Assembly (NCBI GenBank): GCA_002633005.1
Contig: NMRA01000735.1
Location: 1-64,000 of the forward strand
Reading direction: 5' to 3'
DNA length: 64,000 bases
Source: Phoronis australis
Taxonomy: Eukaryota; Animalia; Phoronida
The notes beneath the pieces are model-generated. The model worked only from the letters and a program-made list of their open reading frames with translations, had not been told where the DNA came from and did no database searches. Shown here piece by piece: positions 26,979 to 40,299 of the stretch; within the stretch, counting starts at the first letter, position 1; each line of letters starts with the position of its first letter. A program made the position numbers and the translations under genes.

Positions 26979-27829
26979 TTTTTGCCATGTACAGTGTACA
27001 TTTGTCATGGATGGGTGTTAGCGGAAGCTTATTTTCAATATTATGTGTTGTTGATGTTGTTGTGGTTGTTGTTATTGTTGTATAGATTTCTCTGTCGATG
27101 GACTTGTACACTAAACAACTGAAGCTGGAAGTAAAGCTGGACTGAGAAATCGACAGTTTTCAGTTGAGGCAATTTTGCTACTAATAGTCATGTTCGCTAT
27201 GTCAAAAATTTGACATTCGTTGGATTTTTTTGGTAAAGTGAAACTATACATTTTGTACACCTAATGGAATGGCAGACAAGAAAATATTTGATTCTACTTC
27301 GGGAGCCATCTTGGCATCCATCTTGAATTTTCAAAAATGGCTCCGGCACAGTAGAGTTTGCCCACTATCTCCACCGTTGGGTCATATAAAATGTTACTTT
27401 TTATGCTACACTTGCATTTATGAGGACAAGGAATTGCAAATTTTAATTTTATTGGCAGCCATCTTGGCGGCCTTAAAGGAGTTTCAAAAACGGAGCCCGT
27501 AAAATGCATTTTGCTCAGTATACATGTATCTGCTTTATGTCACTTGGAATGCTACTTTTGATGGCTGAGGTACTTTTTGTTTCTTAAGGAATTGAAAAAC
27601 ATTATTTCAAAAACGATATATGTTCTATAATATAAGGTATTGTTAATAGCAGCTATTAACCCCAGAATATTGAAAAGAATTACAGAAACGGAGATTAAAA
27701 TTTACAAGTACATTACAGTATATCTATAGATTTTTTAATATACAATTGAGACGCAACTTGTGAAGATTTTAATATTATTTTGCTTGTTAACTTTCGATTT
27801 CACCTCTTCTCTACTCAACGGAGTTATTG

Positions 27830-28260
27830 TTTGCGTTTGACAGTCGGATAGCAGATAACTTTGACAGTAACCAGGCTGAGGATCAATGACGAAAACAACA
27901 GGAAGGTCCCATTCTGGGAATGCTACAACTCACTAATCTCTACAAACCAGTCTTTCACTGAGTTCGGCGCCTTACCACTTCTTCAAGAGGTGGCCCATAA
28001 GTGGTCGAACTTATTAACAATTGTTATGCAGAGGTGACACTTGAGGAGGCTGGTTGTTCACGAAGCTCATCCAACTGTCATTCCCCGCGACATGGATCTA
28101 CACCAGAAGGTTTTGCATCTCCTATTTACCAGACCTGAACGCAAGCAAACAGTGATCCAAAGACTTGGGCATTTGCATGCTGCAATGGCATAGAGAATTC
28201 TGAATACATGATGCCTGGATAGAAGCCACCTTCTGTGGCACCGCTGCAACTTGACAGATT
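27830..28260 (+). pseudogene. Academ transposase core remnant
   Basis: Frameshifted DNFD..., LPLLQEVAHKWSNLLTIV, DMDLHQKVLHLL...RLGHLHAAMA, and DAWIEA. These resemble my recollection of the Academ transposase core. Confidence 0.62.
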
Positions 28261-28306
28261 CTAAAGTGCACTCACTTCAAGCACACTCACAGAGCCTACA
28301 TTTATT

Positions 28307-28350
28307 CATGTACATGTACATGTACATGTACATGTACATGTACATGTACA
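28307..28350. repeat. (CATGTA)7 microsatellite
   Basis: Perfect hexamer run. Confidence 0.95.
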
Positions 28351-31104
28351 ACAGTGTTCGAGAATCCTAAAGGAACTCTAAAGAAAACTCCCAATTAGAA
28401 GCCATCTGCTGTGAGGCTGTATAAACAAGAGGGGCAGCCTGAAAAGGACAAGAGCAGAAAAGCCGAGAGTACAAAGCAAGCTCACCACAATTTCTTTGAC
28501 TTGTTAACAATTACCGATATCAGTTGCAGCACCTCGAAATATTGACTTGATTCTGCATCTCCAGGCCGCTGATGCAATAAGCAAGACGTTGTTAGATTTT
28601 GATCGCATGCAATACCAAAGAGCCAACCACCCCTACACCTAGTGTACTCAACTCGGTTCAGGCAACTTATAAAAACGTCACATAGCAGGGGTGTTTCTAC
28701 TAACATTTAGATAATCAACTTACCAAACTTTTTGGTAGGAAAACATATTTATTTAAACGCAAGATATCCTTATTATTAAACACCTAGAACAATATCCCTG
28801 ATATCTTACTGCGACACTGGTCGGCCCTGTTGTTTGCGCGCAAGCGGTGTCGTGGTAAACGGTCGCTACTTAGAAATGTGCCTCTCAGCGTCTCGTTTTT
28901 ATAGCAAAAGAATAGAAATGTGAAAATAACCGCCCCATTATTCGTCAAACGACAACCACGTCTTTAGTTTCATCAAAGTACGCGACATATGGGTCGTCTG
29001 TCACATGTTTCTGTCAATGTCAATCGTCAGCCTACTCCAGCAATTCAAGTGAGTGAGCTCACGCGTGCACTGACACGCCGTAAAATGCAACAATTTCGTT
29101 AAATGTAACAACTTTTACATCTCACGTCATTGATACATTTTGCGTTGCTTAGCCCCTACTAAAATGTAACAAGTTGTTACATTTCACGTCAAACGCAAAT
29201 GCGACAAATGTAGCGTTGTACGAAACCCACTCCGCTGCACACCAAAAAAGAGAGAGTCCTAAACAAAAGATTAAACCTGCTTGGCCCCGTTAGGCACCCG
29301 GGTGCCAATGATTTCTTTGTCAATGAACGCTTATAAAATGCCCGATGCTTAACGATAATCCCTGAGACCGATATAACCCAGAACTGATATTTTCGTGCTC
29401 CGATTTCCCAGAGTGCCAGGCCCGGTGTTCTATGCCCGTTGCCAGCTATCTGGCAAATTAAATGGGGAAATTGTGGTTAGCGAGCCTTTTCTTCGCCCTT
29501 TTATACACCACGCCAATTTTTGTGTTCCCGGCCAACCAGAAGAAAAAATTTTCAGACTCCATTACAAAGAATCTTTGTTCTGGCGGAAGGCTAATAATGT
29601 ACAGTGTATCTGGTAAAGATAGCCTAGTAGATGTTGTTTTCCACGCAAAATCAAATTATACTTGTAATAAAGTTCCCTACTATTGGAGTTTTTGAATATC
29701 TTATTACCGCACATTGGTTAACGGCAATGCTCACTCATGCACCTAAGTCTACCTACCTTTGACGTGTTTCATAATAAGCTCTCATTGCTCCACTAAACCT
29801 TGACCATCAACTTTTCAGAATTTCCAAATGAGCGCCTACAGTTCAGGCTAGCGACCATCATAGTGCAATACAAACGACGTACGTGTAACGAGTTACTCTC
29901 ATTTTACACAACAACAATTTTTGTTTTCTAAAAATGTCTTTACTCAATGTGTAAAAGCCAAAAATCGGCTTTGTTTTATACCTCCGAGAGGCAGTTAAGA
30001 CTAGTGGCATGCGTTTCGTTTGGTGACTGATCTATATTTCGAGTACGTGGAAGGTATTGCGGAGCAAACTCCATTGCCCGATGGCAGCCCTCACAGAGTA
30101 GGAAATTACCGGTACTTCGAAACTTTTCATTTCAAGAAAAATTATTGAGTATGTAAACGGCATAAGTACCATACATTTGTGAAATTTGCAGTGAACTGTC
30201 CCCGCGCATCCGAATACGACATTCGGCGAGGACAACGTTTCATTGATGCTTTTGGACAGGACGCTATTCAAATTTCGAGTTAAGTTGCAAAAGTTTGGCT
30301 GAAAACAAAAAATAGAGGGAGTTTGCACAGAAAATCGCGGATAACTTTTCAACGAGTATTTTCTCCCTTTTCACATTGCAAACTTAGCTACTACAAAGTG
30401 CACGTGTAGATTAGAGAGAACTGGTTCAACTTCCACAGCGGCAACTAGTCTTGGACTCTTGAACCTTTCAATGGCGATCGTAAAGGACAGTAACGCAATC
30501 TTGCAACCTGGAATTGATGTGTATATAACGCCGCAGGTAAGAGATAATCAAAACAGTTTCTCAATGATCTGTCAAAATTACATTTGGCGCTTAAAAATGG
30601 TGGACCACTTTTGCGACCTGGCATTTATGATTGCGAGCTGGATTTTAAAATTGCAATCTGAGATTTTGGCTCTAGATCGCAAAATGCGACCTCCCGATTT
30701 CCTTAACGTCGAGACCATCTCATACAGTGTATGGTTAGATGCCAGTGCAAAAAAGATAATTCTTCCCACAAATGCTCCTGTGGTATGTCTCACTCTACTC
30801 GTTGTATCATTTTTAGTGTTTAAAACGGTGCAGCGAGATTTGCGTTGGTCTCGCTGTAACGTTCCAAGCAGTTACAACGTTGAAGCGTGATCTCCTTCTA
30901 CTCACTGTATCGTTCTAAGATTTAAAACGATATAACAACACCCGCACTTATCACGTAACAAGATTTCTTTTGTTTATTTCTTTTCTGTGAAAGACCATCG
31001 TTTTTGTGTATTTTACAGTAAGAAGAAGAAGAAGTTACGAAATCTTGTTAACTATATTTTGATTGACATGATGTAGCATTGATGCAAACACGTACTGATT
31101 TACG

Positions 31105-31254
31105 CATAGGAGGATCCAGAGTGGTCAAGGGTCTGGACCCCCTTTTTACCTTGATTTTAGTAATACCAAATCTATCATATTCGTATGGTTGACTTGGACT
31201 GGCATTTTAAAAACCATTGATCCGATCCCCCTCCCCTTCGAAAATCCGCCCCTG
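31105..31254. mobile_element. hAT5-like MITE (CAGGGGCGGATCC type); orthologous copy at 55963-56120
   Basis: Ends ...atccgcccctg. 5-bp flank ctacg on both sides of the B copy (ttacg/ctacg in A). Confidence 0.65.
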
Positions 31255-31399
31255 CTACGTTTGATCTTGTGTCACTGTTAAACTACTGTAAAATTGAAAT
31301 AGACAGTTCTCGCTCTACATGTGTATAATAGCTTCGCAAATGCACACCGTGAGATCATTCTGTTGCACTTATATCGTGCAAGTCTGACATATTTAATAG

Positions 31400-31668
31400 T
31401 ATTAAACGTGGGTCTGACCAAGTCTAAATTTAAACCTGGTTTAAGACCGTAATACAGGTTTAAGGAGTATAGACCGCTTTGGTGAAATCAAATCTTACTT
31501 AGACCAGGTCTAATCTTGGGTTAAACCAGGTTTCACTACACCCTTGGTCTCAAGGTTAAACCAACTTTATGAAATGCAGAATATCGTTAATTCAGTTCTA
31601 TGTCCAGTTTAAACCACGTTTAAAATTAAACCAAGTTTAAATTAAAGTCACCTTTATGAAATCGGCTG
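31400..31668. mobile_element. Palindrome-rich MITE (ttaaaccaggtttaa subrepeats); orthologous copy at 56255-56505
   Basis: Repeated TTAAACC(A/T)GGTTTAA units. Both copies end with tttatgaaatcggctga. Confidence 0.7.
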
Positions 31669-32188
31669 ATAGTCTGCTGCGAGTTTAGAACTCTGTAAGT
31701 GCGTTCACAAAGTGTCACCTTTTGTGTTCTATTTTCTATTTTGTGTTCTAACGTAGAACAAATATGTTTCGGGTCTCCGTCTTCGGTGGCCCCTTACAAA
31801 CGATGACCACTACATGGGCGTTTTACGTACTTAAGTAGTATAGGATATTTATCGCTCCTTTTTTTAAGCTTCTAAAATTTGTTTGCAAGACATTCCTTCA
31901 GAATGATACGAAAATCTGAAGAAGAGTACAGTTTGTATAACAGATAGTGATGTTTTTGGCGACTGTTTTGGAAATTTTCAGAAAGTCTTCACGAGTCCGT
32001 AAAGTCACTCTAATTTAATATAATTCGTGATTTTCCGCACCACGTCACAAAAAGCATGCATGAGCTAAGCTTGAGCATAGATTTTTTACCAAATCGGGTC
32101 CTTTTGACGGAGTTGTAAGGAACTAAATTGTAGGCAATCTCTTTTACTAGCCTTGGTAACACCATGCAGGGAACATTTAACTTCTTAC

Positions 32189-32230
32189 CTGAACAATCAC
32201 AACTGTTGTGTATGCCGTACATGTACATCT
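32189..32230 (-). other. Predicted non-coding exon 1 of gene A
   Basis: CAG|GTAAG donor at 32189/32188, conserved in the paralog at 57152. Lies ~30 bp downstream of a TATA-like box. The start is estimated. Confidence 0.62.
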
Positions 32231-32249
32231 ATGGAACAATTCTTAGACC

Positions 32250-32350
32250 AAGCTTTCATTTAAGCCATTTGAAAACCTTCATCCACGTTTCTATTGGTAG
32301 ATACTTGGAACATCACTCAAAGCCTAGGAAACACGTCGTTCAGCCAATCA
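32250..32350 (-). promoter_or_regulatory. Predicted core promoter of gene A
   Basis: TATA-like TTAAATGAAA at 32254-32263. CCAAT boxes at 32293-32297 and 32344-32348, both conserved in the paralog. Confidence 0.55.
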
Positions 32351-35300
32351 CGCATCATGTCATTCTTACCTCAACGAAAGAACATTGTGTCGATATTGAT
32401 TTTTTGTCTACGCACCTGTCGTCAAACTCAAGTGCTAAAATGAAAAAATATGTGTATCCCTGATGTATAAGCTGCGCTAGATCAGTTTTTAGTGTTTGGT
32501 GAGTGCTTTATTGAGTTGACCATGTGCGAAACTTGGAACACAGAAATAAGTATGGAATTCCAAGCTGGTTCAAATTATACGAAAAGTAGGAGTCTATAGA
32601 AAATACTGATACAAAAATGGTAATAAGCTTTGTTTTATTTAAAGTCGAGGTTGGTTGAGTTTACCTAAAGTTGACGCATAGGCCTACGTAATCTTGGGAA
32701 AACATGTCATTTAAGCTATTCGTCGTCTGAGAAATTAACCAATCAGCGAGTGGCTAAGGGGACTAGTCCTTTGTTCGAATTGTGCAAAATTGACTATTAC
32801 AGGCGTAATTTGAACAAAATCAACGGGAGATGCGACGGACACCATTGCAAACATGCCAGTGACTATCCACACAGCATAGAAGTTTGACGTGATAGCAGAT
32901 TTTATTTTTTTAATGTGGCTAACCAGGTAAATTTATTACAAAAACTTGTGTTACTAGGTGGAGTAACAGTACATGTACACGATAATAAAATCTCAAATGG
33001 ATGACTTTATCGAGCGAACTGGCGTTACGCAGCCGTTTACCCTCAACAGTATGTGCGTATTCCTTCCGGAAGCATGTACAAGTGATTAATAGAAAATGAA
33101 GACTTTAAAAAGTTGTTTAATGCTGTGAATCTGCAAGACAGTCCATATAGCCTGGGGGTGGGGGGGGGGTCTCCGGCGGAAACATCCAGCCCGAACTTAT
33201 CCGTTAAAGATATTACGTAGCACATGGACAACACCACCAAAATTGCTGCATCTACTGGTATCACTAATTACATTGATAACTGTTTTACTGATAATTTTGA
33301 ACTTGCTTCTGATTCAAAGTGCTTCAAGTAATCATAGGGCAAGATTCTTCCTAGTGGTGTTTTCGTAAATGACAATATCGTCTAGACTATAGGAGGACCA
33401 AAACTGTAGGCAGCTTTGCGCGGGGAGATTTTCGAAATTCGAAAGCGGTGACCTTTGATGTGTTGCAAAGGTCGACACTGCAGAGGTTCCGGCATGGCCC
33501 TTGACAGCTTCAGTAGAGGGAAAGGAAATTTGTATACACAACAGTGACTCCCATCTCTATGTTTCTGAGATGAGACGGAAATGATGATGCCTTCACGGTT
33601 GCTCGTAAAGAATGGGACTCAACTTCGGATATGTACTTTGGTTAAGAAAGAAAACGCTCTTGCATTACCGAGGAGAACTTTCCAAGCAGGCGTGCATCAA
33701 TGTATAATTGCACCTCAATACATACTGGGACGAAATTTTTTAGTCTGAGAAGACTTGACGAAAGTTTTTTATCTGTTTGCATGTAATTTAAATCGCTGGA
33801 TTCGGGAACCACTCACTAAAAGTTCACTACTCGGAAGGTTAAATACTATGAACATATCTATAATTTAGGACTCAAGTTTAAGGTTTCTACTTTTGCATGC
33901 GAAGTAAACGATGCTTCGGTAATTAGATGCACTGGGTGGTGTATATGTACTTATGCAAATAATTTATTAATTTGTTGCGCATACGAAATTGCCCTCATGT
34001 ATTACGAATACGGAAAAATGAGTACGTTATTGCATTTTAAATGGGTTCCAAATCCGGTTTGGGCACACACTGAAAATGGCTTTCCCATCCAGTTCTCTAA
34101 AAAAGATACGCTCTGTAATCCTTGACAACTCTCAAATGTTTGCTGAAAACATTGAAAGCTCCTTTCAATGATTGTTAAACGGGCAAGTGTGGTATGCGCT
34201 TTTTGCGAATTACACGGTAACTGTGGGGAAAAGACCATCTAACACGGACCATAATGTCTAAATTGTGACAAAGGGTGAATGAAATTTTAATTGATTCTGT
34301 CCATAAAAAGGACACTCAACCTTGTTTTGACGATATCAACCAATCCTCAATCTATCACCTGTTGATGCATCAATGGATTGAATCTTGAAAAATGGAAGCG
34401 GGAATCAACGAAGAATTCATAGCAAGTCTCACGAATTGGCCATTATGGACCTTGGTGAGTGGTCTTTTCAGACAGATGACGTGTAACTCGCTAAAAGCGT
34501 ACGCCACGCTTGCCCCTTTAGAGGACTTTGAAAGGAATTTTCTAAATTTCCACAAAATTGTTGGGGGCTGTCGAGCCTTTAGAGAGCATTATTGTTGGCA
34601 TTATGTTACAGAGAACTAGATAGAGAAGTCGTTTAAGCATATGTCATAATCGGCCAAAATCGGATTTACTATATTTTTACTTAGAAGATTGACGCCAGTG
34701 ATACGTTAGCAGGTCACAGAACGAGGATTGGTGGAAATCATCATAAAACTGGGCTTAGTATCCTTTTAAAAGAATATGAAGTAAGGAAACTGATGAATTA
34801 TCAGCCACGTTCCCTTCATCACTTCTATGTCAATTTCGCATCATTTCACAGGGCGAGTGATCTAGTATAGTATGGAACGACAATAGCGTCACCTTGTGAC
34901 GGGTCTTTTCTGACACGTGACGAGTAGTATTTTTAATACTCTGCCGGGGCCTATTTGTGAAAGAAACTGTTAAACAACGGTATCAAGATTTTTGGGTTGT
35001 GGCTCAGCCCCTGCCTAGGTGGTTTAGGGGTTCCTGGCCCCATATGACAAACTCACTGATCAACCATATTCTTGGGTTTTGATGTCTTGATGTTCCTAGT
35101 TGTGTTCTGTTACTAGCATAAAGCAGAAAGTCAAAAGTTGAAGTCACTGATGAGATGTAAATGCTCGATTTCTTTGTTGCACGCTTTTCAAAAGTTGACT
35201 AAAGTTTGTTAACACATTGATTTCTCTATTTTCGTTGTAAGAGACTGACATCTCAGGAAAGTACGATTCGGTACTTCTTCATGAGGGGACGAACGACATA

Positions 35301-35568
35301 GCAAAGAAACACCACCTGATAACGACTGCACACGACCATCAAGCATGGATCTACGAATGTATCGTCCCTTCTGCCCCGTTTGGACAAAACGTAGTTTAAT
35401 TTAGTAAGTGGTGCTCTGGGATATACATTTATTTTGTCATCTCTATTACCATGTTGTTTTTGATGAAATGGCCCAGTAACACAACGATATTACTGTCTAT
35501 GAGATTGAACATTTTAGTACTGTCCACACAACAGCTAGTACAACTTACCCAAATTTTAAGTGGAATGT

Positions 35569-35569
<1 letters not shown>

Positions 35570-35616
<47 letters not shown>

Positions 35617-35618
35617 AC
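35570..35618. repeat. (CA)n microsatellite
   Basis: Direct dinucleotide run. Confidence 0.98.
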
Positions 35619-38600
35619 ATGTCCAATAAATAGGGTAAGACGTTAGTTGTCGCTCTGTGCTTGACAATGAACAGCAGATACGAAAATGGGAAACAAATGG
35701 AAACTTTTCTGTACGTAATCGCACATGATAATACTTCCCCTTTGCCCCAGATTTGCAATCACCCAAGAATTTAGAAGTGGCACCAGTTTGAATAGCATCC
35801 ACGCAACCGTAAAACATATCTACAACATCTTCCAGTAGATACCTGTTCTAAAGTAAGGTTTTATGTGGATGGCATTTATGATTTAATTTGGTTACATTTA
35901 TAATTTAGAATCATACAAGAAATGAACTTACAGGAAACCAGTTGTATCATGAAATTCAATTTTCACCTACACATTTTTGTCATTTTATCGATCAGGTACA
36001 CTGCATTTGTTAGTACGTGTCATGTAGAGGTACGGTGTTTTGGTTATAATTGGTCAGTGAGGAAATGCTGACTAATAACATACAAGCGTTCGTCCATTTT
36101 ACAGCTGGCAGTCAGGTAAATTTGTGTGTGACCGAATGAATACCTGCTTGTGCTTTAATATACCACACTGCATATTGTGCCTATCCTTACATTTCTTGCT
36201 TTCAATAAACTACTTCATCTGGTGTGCTTTTGCTAATAACCTGCATTATCCCATATACGTATGTACTTGTGAGTGCAACCCAGGGACCAATCAGACTCAA
36301 GTTCTGGAAAGTATGTATTTCACTATAGATCCACATTCCTCTTTATGTGTACAATCACTACCAAGACATTTCGTGAAGACTTTCAAAACAATAGCAACTT
36401 CAACTCAGTGTACACAATGACTTTCCTGTAGAAAATCCTGTAACTTGACTGCTCTGGGTCTGCTTGCACAAATGCCTTATCCTGATCCTCAATTAATCTG
36501 AATTGTCCTTCTTCAAAGTGAATTCAAGATAGGATATAGTTATTTTGTATTCATAAGTATGTATGATAACATATAAGTTACTAGTGGCCCACTGCCACAT
36601 GCATCGGATCAATTCCTTGCTTAGCTAGCTTCAACGACTTGCACAATCTCCATTGTAGTTCACCACATTCTTGATAGGCAATTTTTGTTTTTGTTAGTGT
36701 TTCCTGAGGTATTCTCACTCACATATTGTGTTGTTTTGAATTGACAGTGTCATTTTGCTTAGGGTGTGTGTCCTAGTTTGTATAGTCTCCTTCTTCACCT
36801 ACATTTTAAAAGGCATGCAGCTGCATCATGTACGTACAACACAGACCATCTGGAGCCACTGGTTAGGATGGTGACGTTAACGGACGGACGGCAACTTATA
36901 CTACGTGGATTACACATCATGTTTCAATAAATACTGCCTTCGCCAACTTTTGTCTAGGCATTTCTTCATATACTTCGATTTATGTCTGCGTGACTGCATA
37001 ATATGTATTGCAAATGATTTCGATGGGGACAGCACTGGAATTTTTTGCCTAGGTTAAGTTGTGGGTTGCAATCCACAATTCATAATATTTTCCTTATTTA
37101 CGTTGTGAATACTATGTATTTTTCATCCTGTTATAATGATTAGGAATAGTCTTTTATTTTGCAGCTTCTCTTTGATGTTGACTGTATTTTACAATTGGCC
37201 TGCTTGTTACTAACATATGAAAATGATCTACACCCGATTCAAATGACTCAAGAACTATATAAATAATGAACATGGTGGGTTAGGAATTGAGGGTTTACTA
37301 CTAAACATTGACAATGTGTTGTTTAATAATTACTGTTATTCTATAGGTATTTCACCAATCATTGTAAAGCTTGATTACAGTAGATATTTTATTTTCAGAT
37401 GGATAAGTTGTAGTCTGTGTCACCTACTGGTCTTATTTTGTTATTTTCGCTTCAGTTTAGATGCCATTTTAGTTCCAAAGTGCTCAAATGTTGGAAAATG
37501 TTGACAACAACACAACTGATGTTGTTTTTTAACTTATTCTGCATCAAGTAGTAGTCAATATTTGATAACAATCAACATCTATTCTCAGTACTCAGTGTTG
37601 CTGTTCTTTGGTGTAAATCATTTGTAATTATAATTCAGGATAAAAATACATCTGTTTTTAGGGGATGGGTTGTTTATTTAGAAGGTGGTTGCTTTTTTGA
37701 GCAGTTACTGCTGGATGCATAACTTTACACCCTCTTTAGCAACATCCTCAGTACAAGTAAAAGTATGTTGTTCAATAAAAACAAGTTTAACTTTATTTGA
37801 GATGTCAGTCAGAGGGGCATTGATTTATCAGCTACACATATTTAATAACAAGTTACCCATTGACTTGCCATTCTCTTCATTGTGTGCACGCAATTATTTG
37901 TATTGCAAAACTATTTTTTTTCTGAAAATGTACACTATAGTGGGCATCATTGTTTTTCTAAATAATAAAGTTTAATATTTGTAAAATATGTATTTCGAAA
38001 TTTGTATTTGTACTCAAAATGTTGCAACAGGTTGAAATTTGTCAGTTGAACGTGGATAAGACACAGGGTTGATTCAGGTGTGGCGCATTTTGTGAACTAG
38101 TTTCTCCACTGAATAACAGGCATCAAAGTGGTTCTCAAAATTAGGTTATGGCATATCCGACTATAGTCCACTATTCAATGTGCATGAGATTTTTATTTCA
38201 AATTATTCAATGATCATTTTTATTCTTCCTCAGTTGTTTGAGACTTCGTTTGTTCTGCAGGTGCCTGCTTTGAATAAGTCTCTTCAATGCTAATTAATAC
38301 TGTTTATCTAGAAATACAGATCCTTAAAGATGGCTCTTATGTGCCATGAAACAATGCAAAATAAAATGAATCACCTGCAAACTACAAATTCTATGTTGTT
38401 TTCTCCAATGGTTAATACAAAATTTCTTCTTGCACTAAGTTTTATGGTGTTCAGAATGTTGAAATAAGCCTACATGTACTACATTATATTTTTGAGTTTA
38501 GGCTTCATTGCACACCATTTCACTGCAAGAAATGAAATGCGACCTCGCTTTACGCTTTTAAAATGCTCTTATAAGTTTTACCTTGATAGGATTACATTTC

Positions 38601-38661
38601 CATTCACCAAGAAGAACTACCTCTTGACTAAAGAAACACCTTCAGAATTCACGGGAATTAG

Positions 38662-38939
38662 CATTGGTGGATTTAGGGGGCCCGCCCCGCCCCATAGCTG
38701 CCGTAAGCAAAATGAAAGGAGGAAACAAATATTGAGTCTAGGAAGCAGGACCGGTTGCGGTGAACGTCCAGGTTGCCACGGAGTGGCTGCTCCATTTTTA
38801 GTCGAATGATAGATTTTCCTGAACAGGCTGGCTCCCTCCCGTTGTGGGCCACCTACGCACGTGCAATTGCCAATCACACCTTGCAAAATTTCCCGAGGCA
38901 ACATGTTGCCCCCATTATGGTATCCTAGATCCACCACTG
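38662..38939. mobile_element. hAT5-like MITE
   Basis: IR cattggtggatttagg / cctagatccaccactg with a 5-bp TSD ATTAG on both sides. Confidence 0.82.
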
Positions 38940-40299
38940 ATTAGCACGACCAGTTCCTCACATTTGCAAATTGGTTTGTGTTCGCAGCACTGCATGTTAT
39001 CTGGGCATTGACAAATTCAAAATCTGTTTAGCTGAACATGTTGTCTTCAAATGCAAGTATTGACAACCATGCAACGTCAAATAAACAAAACATCGGCTTT
39101 GTGACCAACTGTGTAAGACTGAGGAGTAGAGGAAGTGTGCAATTTACAATCCAATTACCTATGTCGAAAGTTATATTAGGCAAAATGCGAGGTATATCAT
39201 AAGCACAAAGGCCATGAAATTGGAGTAGTTTTGTTTACACCTTTACAGATTATCAAAGAATACAACTGCAGTGTAATTTGAAAACAAAAAACAAAACCGT
39301 CCTCCGCAAGTGTTTGCTTCCTATACATGTATAAAATACTCTTCTACTTGTGAAGTCTCGGGTCATTCTATTAACGCGCATGTCATCAAATCGCTATCTG
39401 GTTGTTAGATGTCGCTAGAGTAAAAAAGGTAATTTTGCGACTGGGTGGCGTTTACGAGTCACACGCCAGGTCACGCGCTTCGCTCAGTCTCGCAGTAGTC
39501 TTTGCCTTATACTCACGTGACTCAGTTTAAATACGTCATGGTTATCGCGCGCTCGGGGTAAATGTTAACTGTAACCAACAAAAGTGGAGTTGAAATTCTT
39601 CTCCAAAGTCACTTAATATTCATAGCTATGCTTCATTGAAGATATCAGATAGAAAGAATCACTGAAGAAAGTAAGCGCAGTGAGCAGATATCGCCTACCG
39701 TCCGTTTAAAATACACGGGACGATATTAGTACAGAACGCGATGGGACGTACTGTAGCGCAAATCGTGGTTACATTTCGCTTAAGAGCAATGCTTGTTTAG
39801 CATTTTCCACATTAAAAGATTAAAAACACGCACTATAGAACATGTATGCATAATGTATGCTTGCACTAAAACTACATTTTGTTCAAATTGGCGTTAGTGA
39901 TATTTATGACAATATGCTGATCGGGTAAGTGGCTCAAAGGATGGACATTGAGGTGCATTTTCATACTGCTGTTGGTCGGTGGATGTACAGTACGTCTAAA
40001 TTTAATTGTACGAAGCCCTGCGAAGTCTTCGAACCAACTAAGGCTTCGTTGTTTTATTATTTGTATTTATATAAATGTTAAGGAAATATTCCGTGCAACA
40101 AAGTTGTTCATTAAGTATGGATGCATTTTTATTAAATTATTGGTTTGCATGAGCAAACTACAATTTTTTGGGAAAATTGGGAAATGTCGAACACCAAAAA
40201 TCAAATATCAAAAATAAAGCTTCAAAACTTGAAAAAAATATTTTGATCACTAATATAGTTTTCAGTAAATTTATGATTTGAACGAACGAAAAACTGAAG

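Larger units (their letters stand above)
35400..39705 (-). mobile_element. Decayed intron-containing DNA transposon (THAP + Kolobok-like transposase remnants)
   Basis: Minus-strand exon-like pieces with splice sites: C..H....CKC near 38970, FP...VN near 38600-38655, KVIVY...C...C near 36270-36425, and LSCAI..YRKVS..F near 35690-35740. 39600-39750 matches 8170-8390. Confidence 0.4.

Noticed and set aside
33200-35130. Possible large plus-strand membrane-protein pseudogene (NYT/NVT sites, hydrophobic stretch near 35060-35115)
   Set aside because: All frames contain stops and indels in both copies. The similarity is explained by duplicated upstream non-coding DNA.
35429-35817. ORFs with CVCVCV / THTHTH runs
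   Set aside because: The runs are translations of the (CA)n microsatellite.
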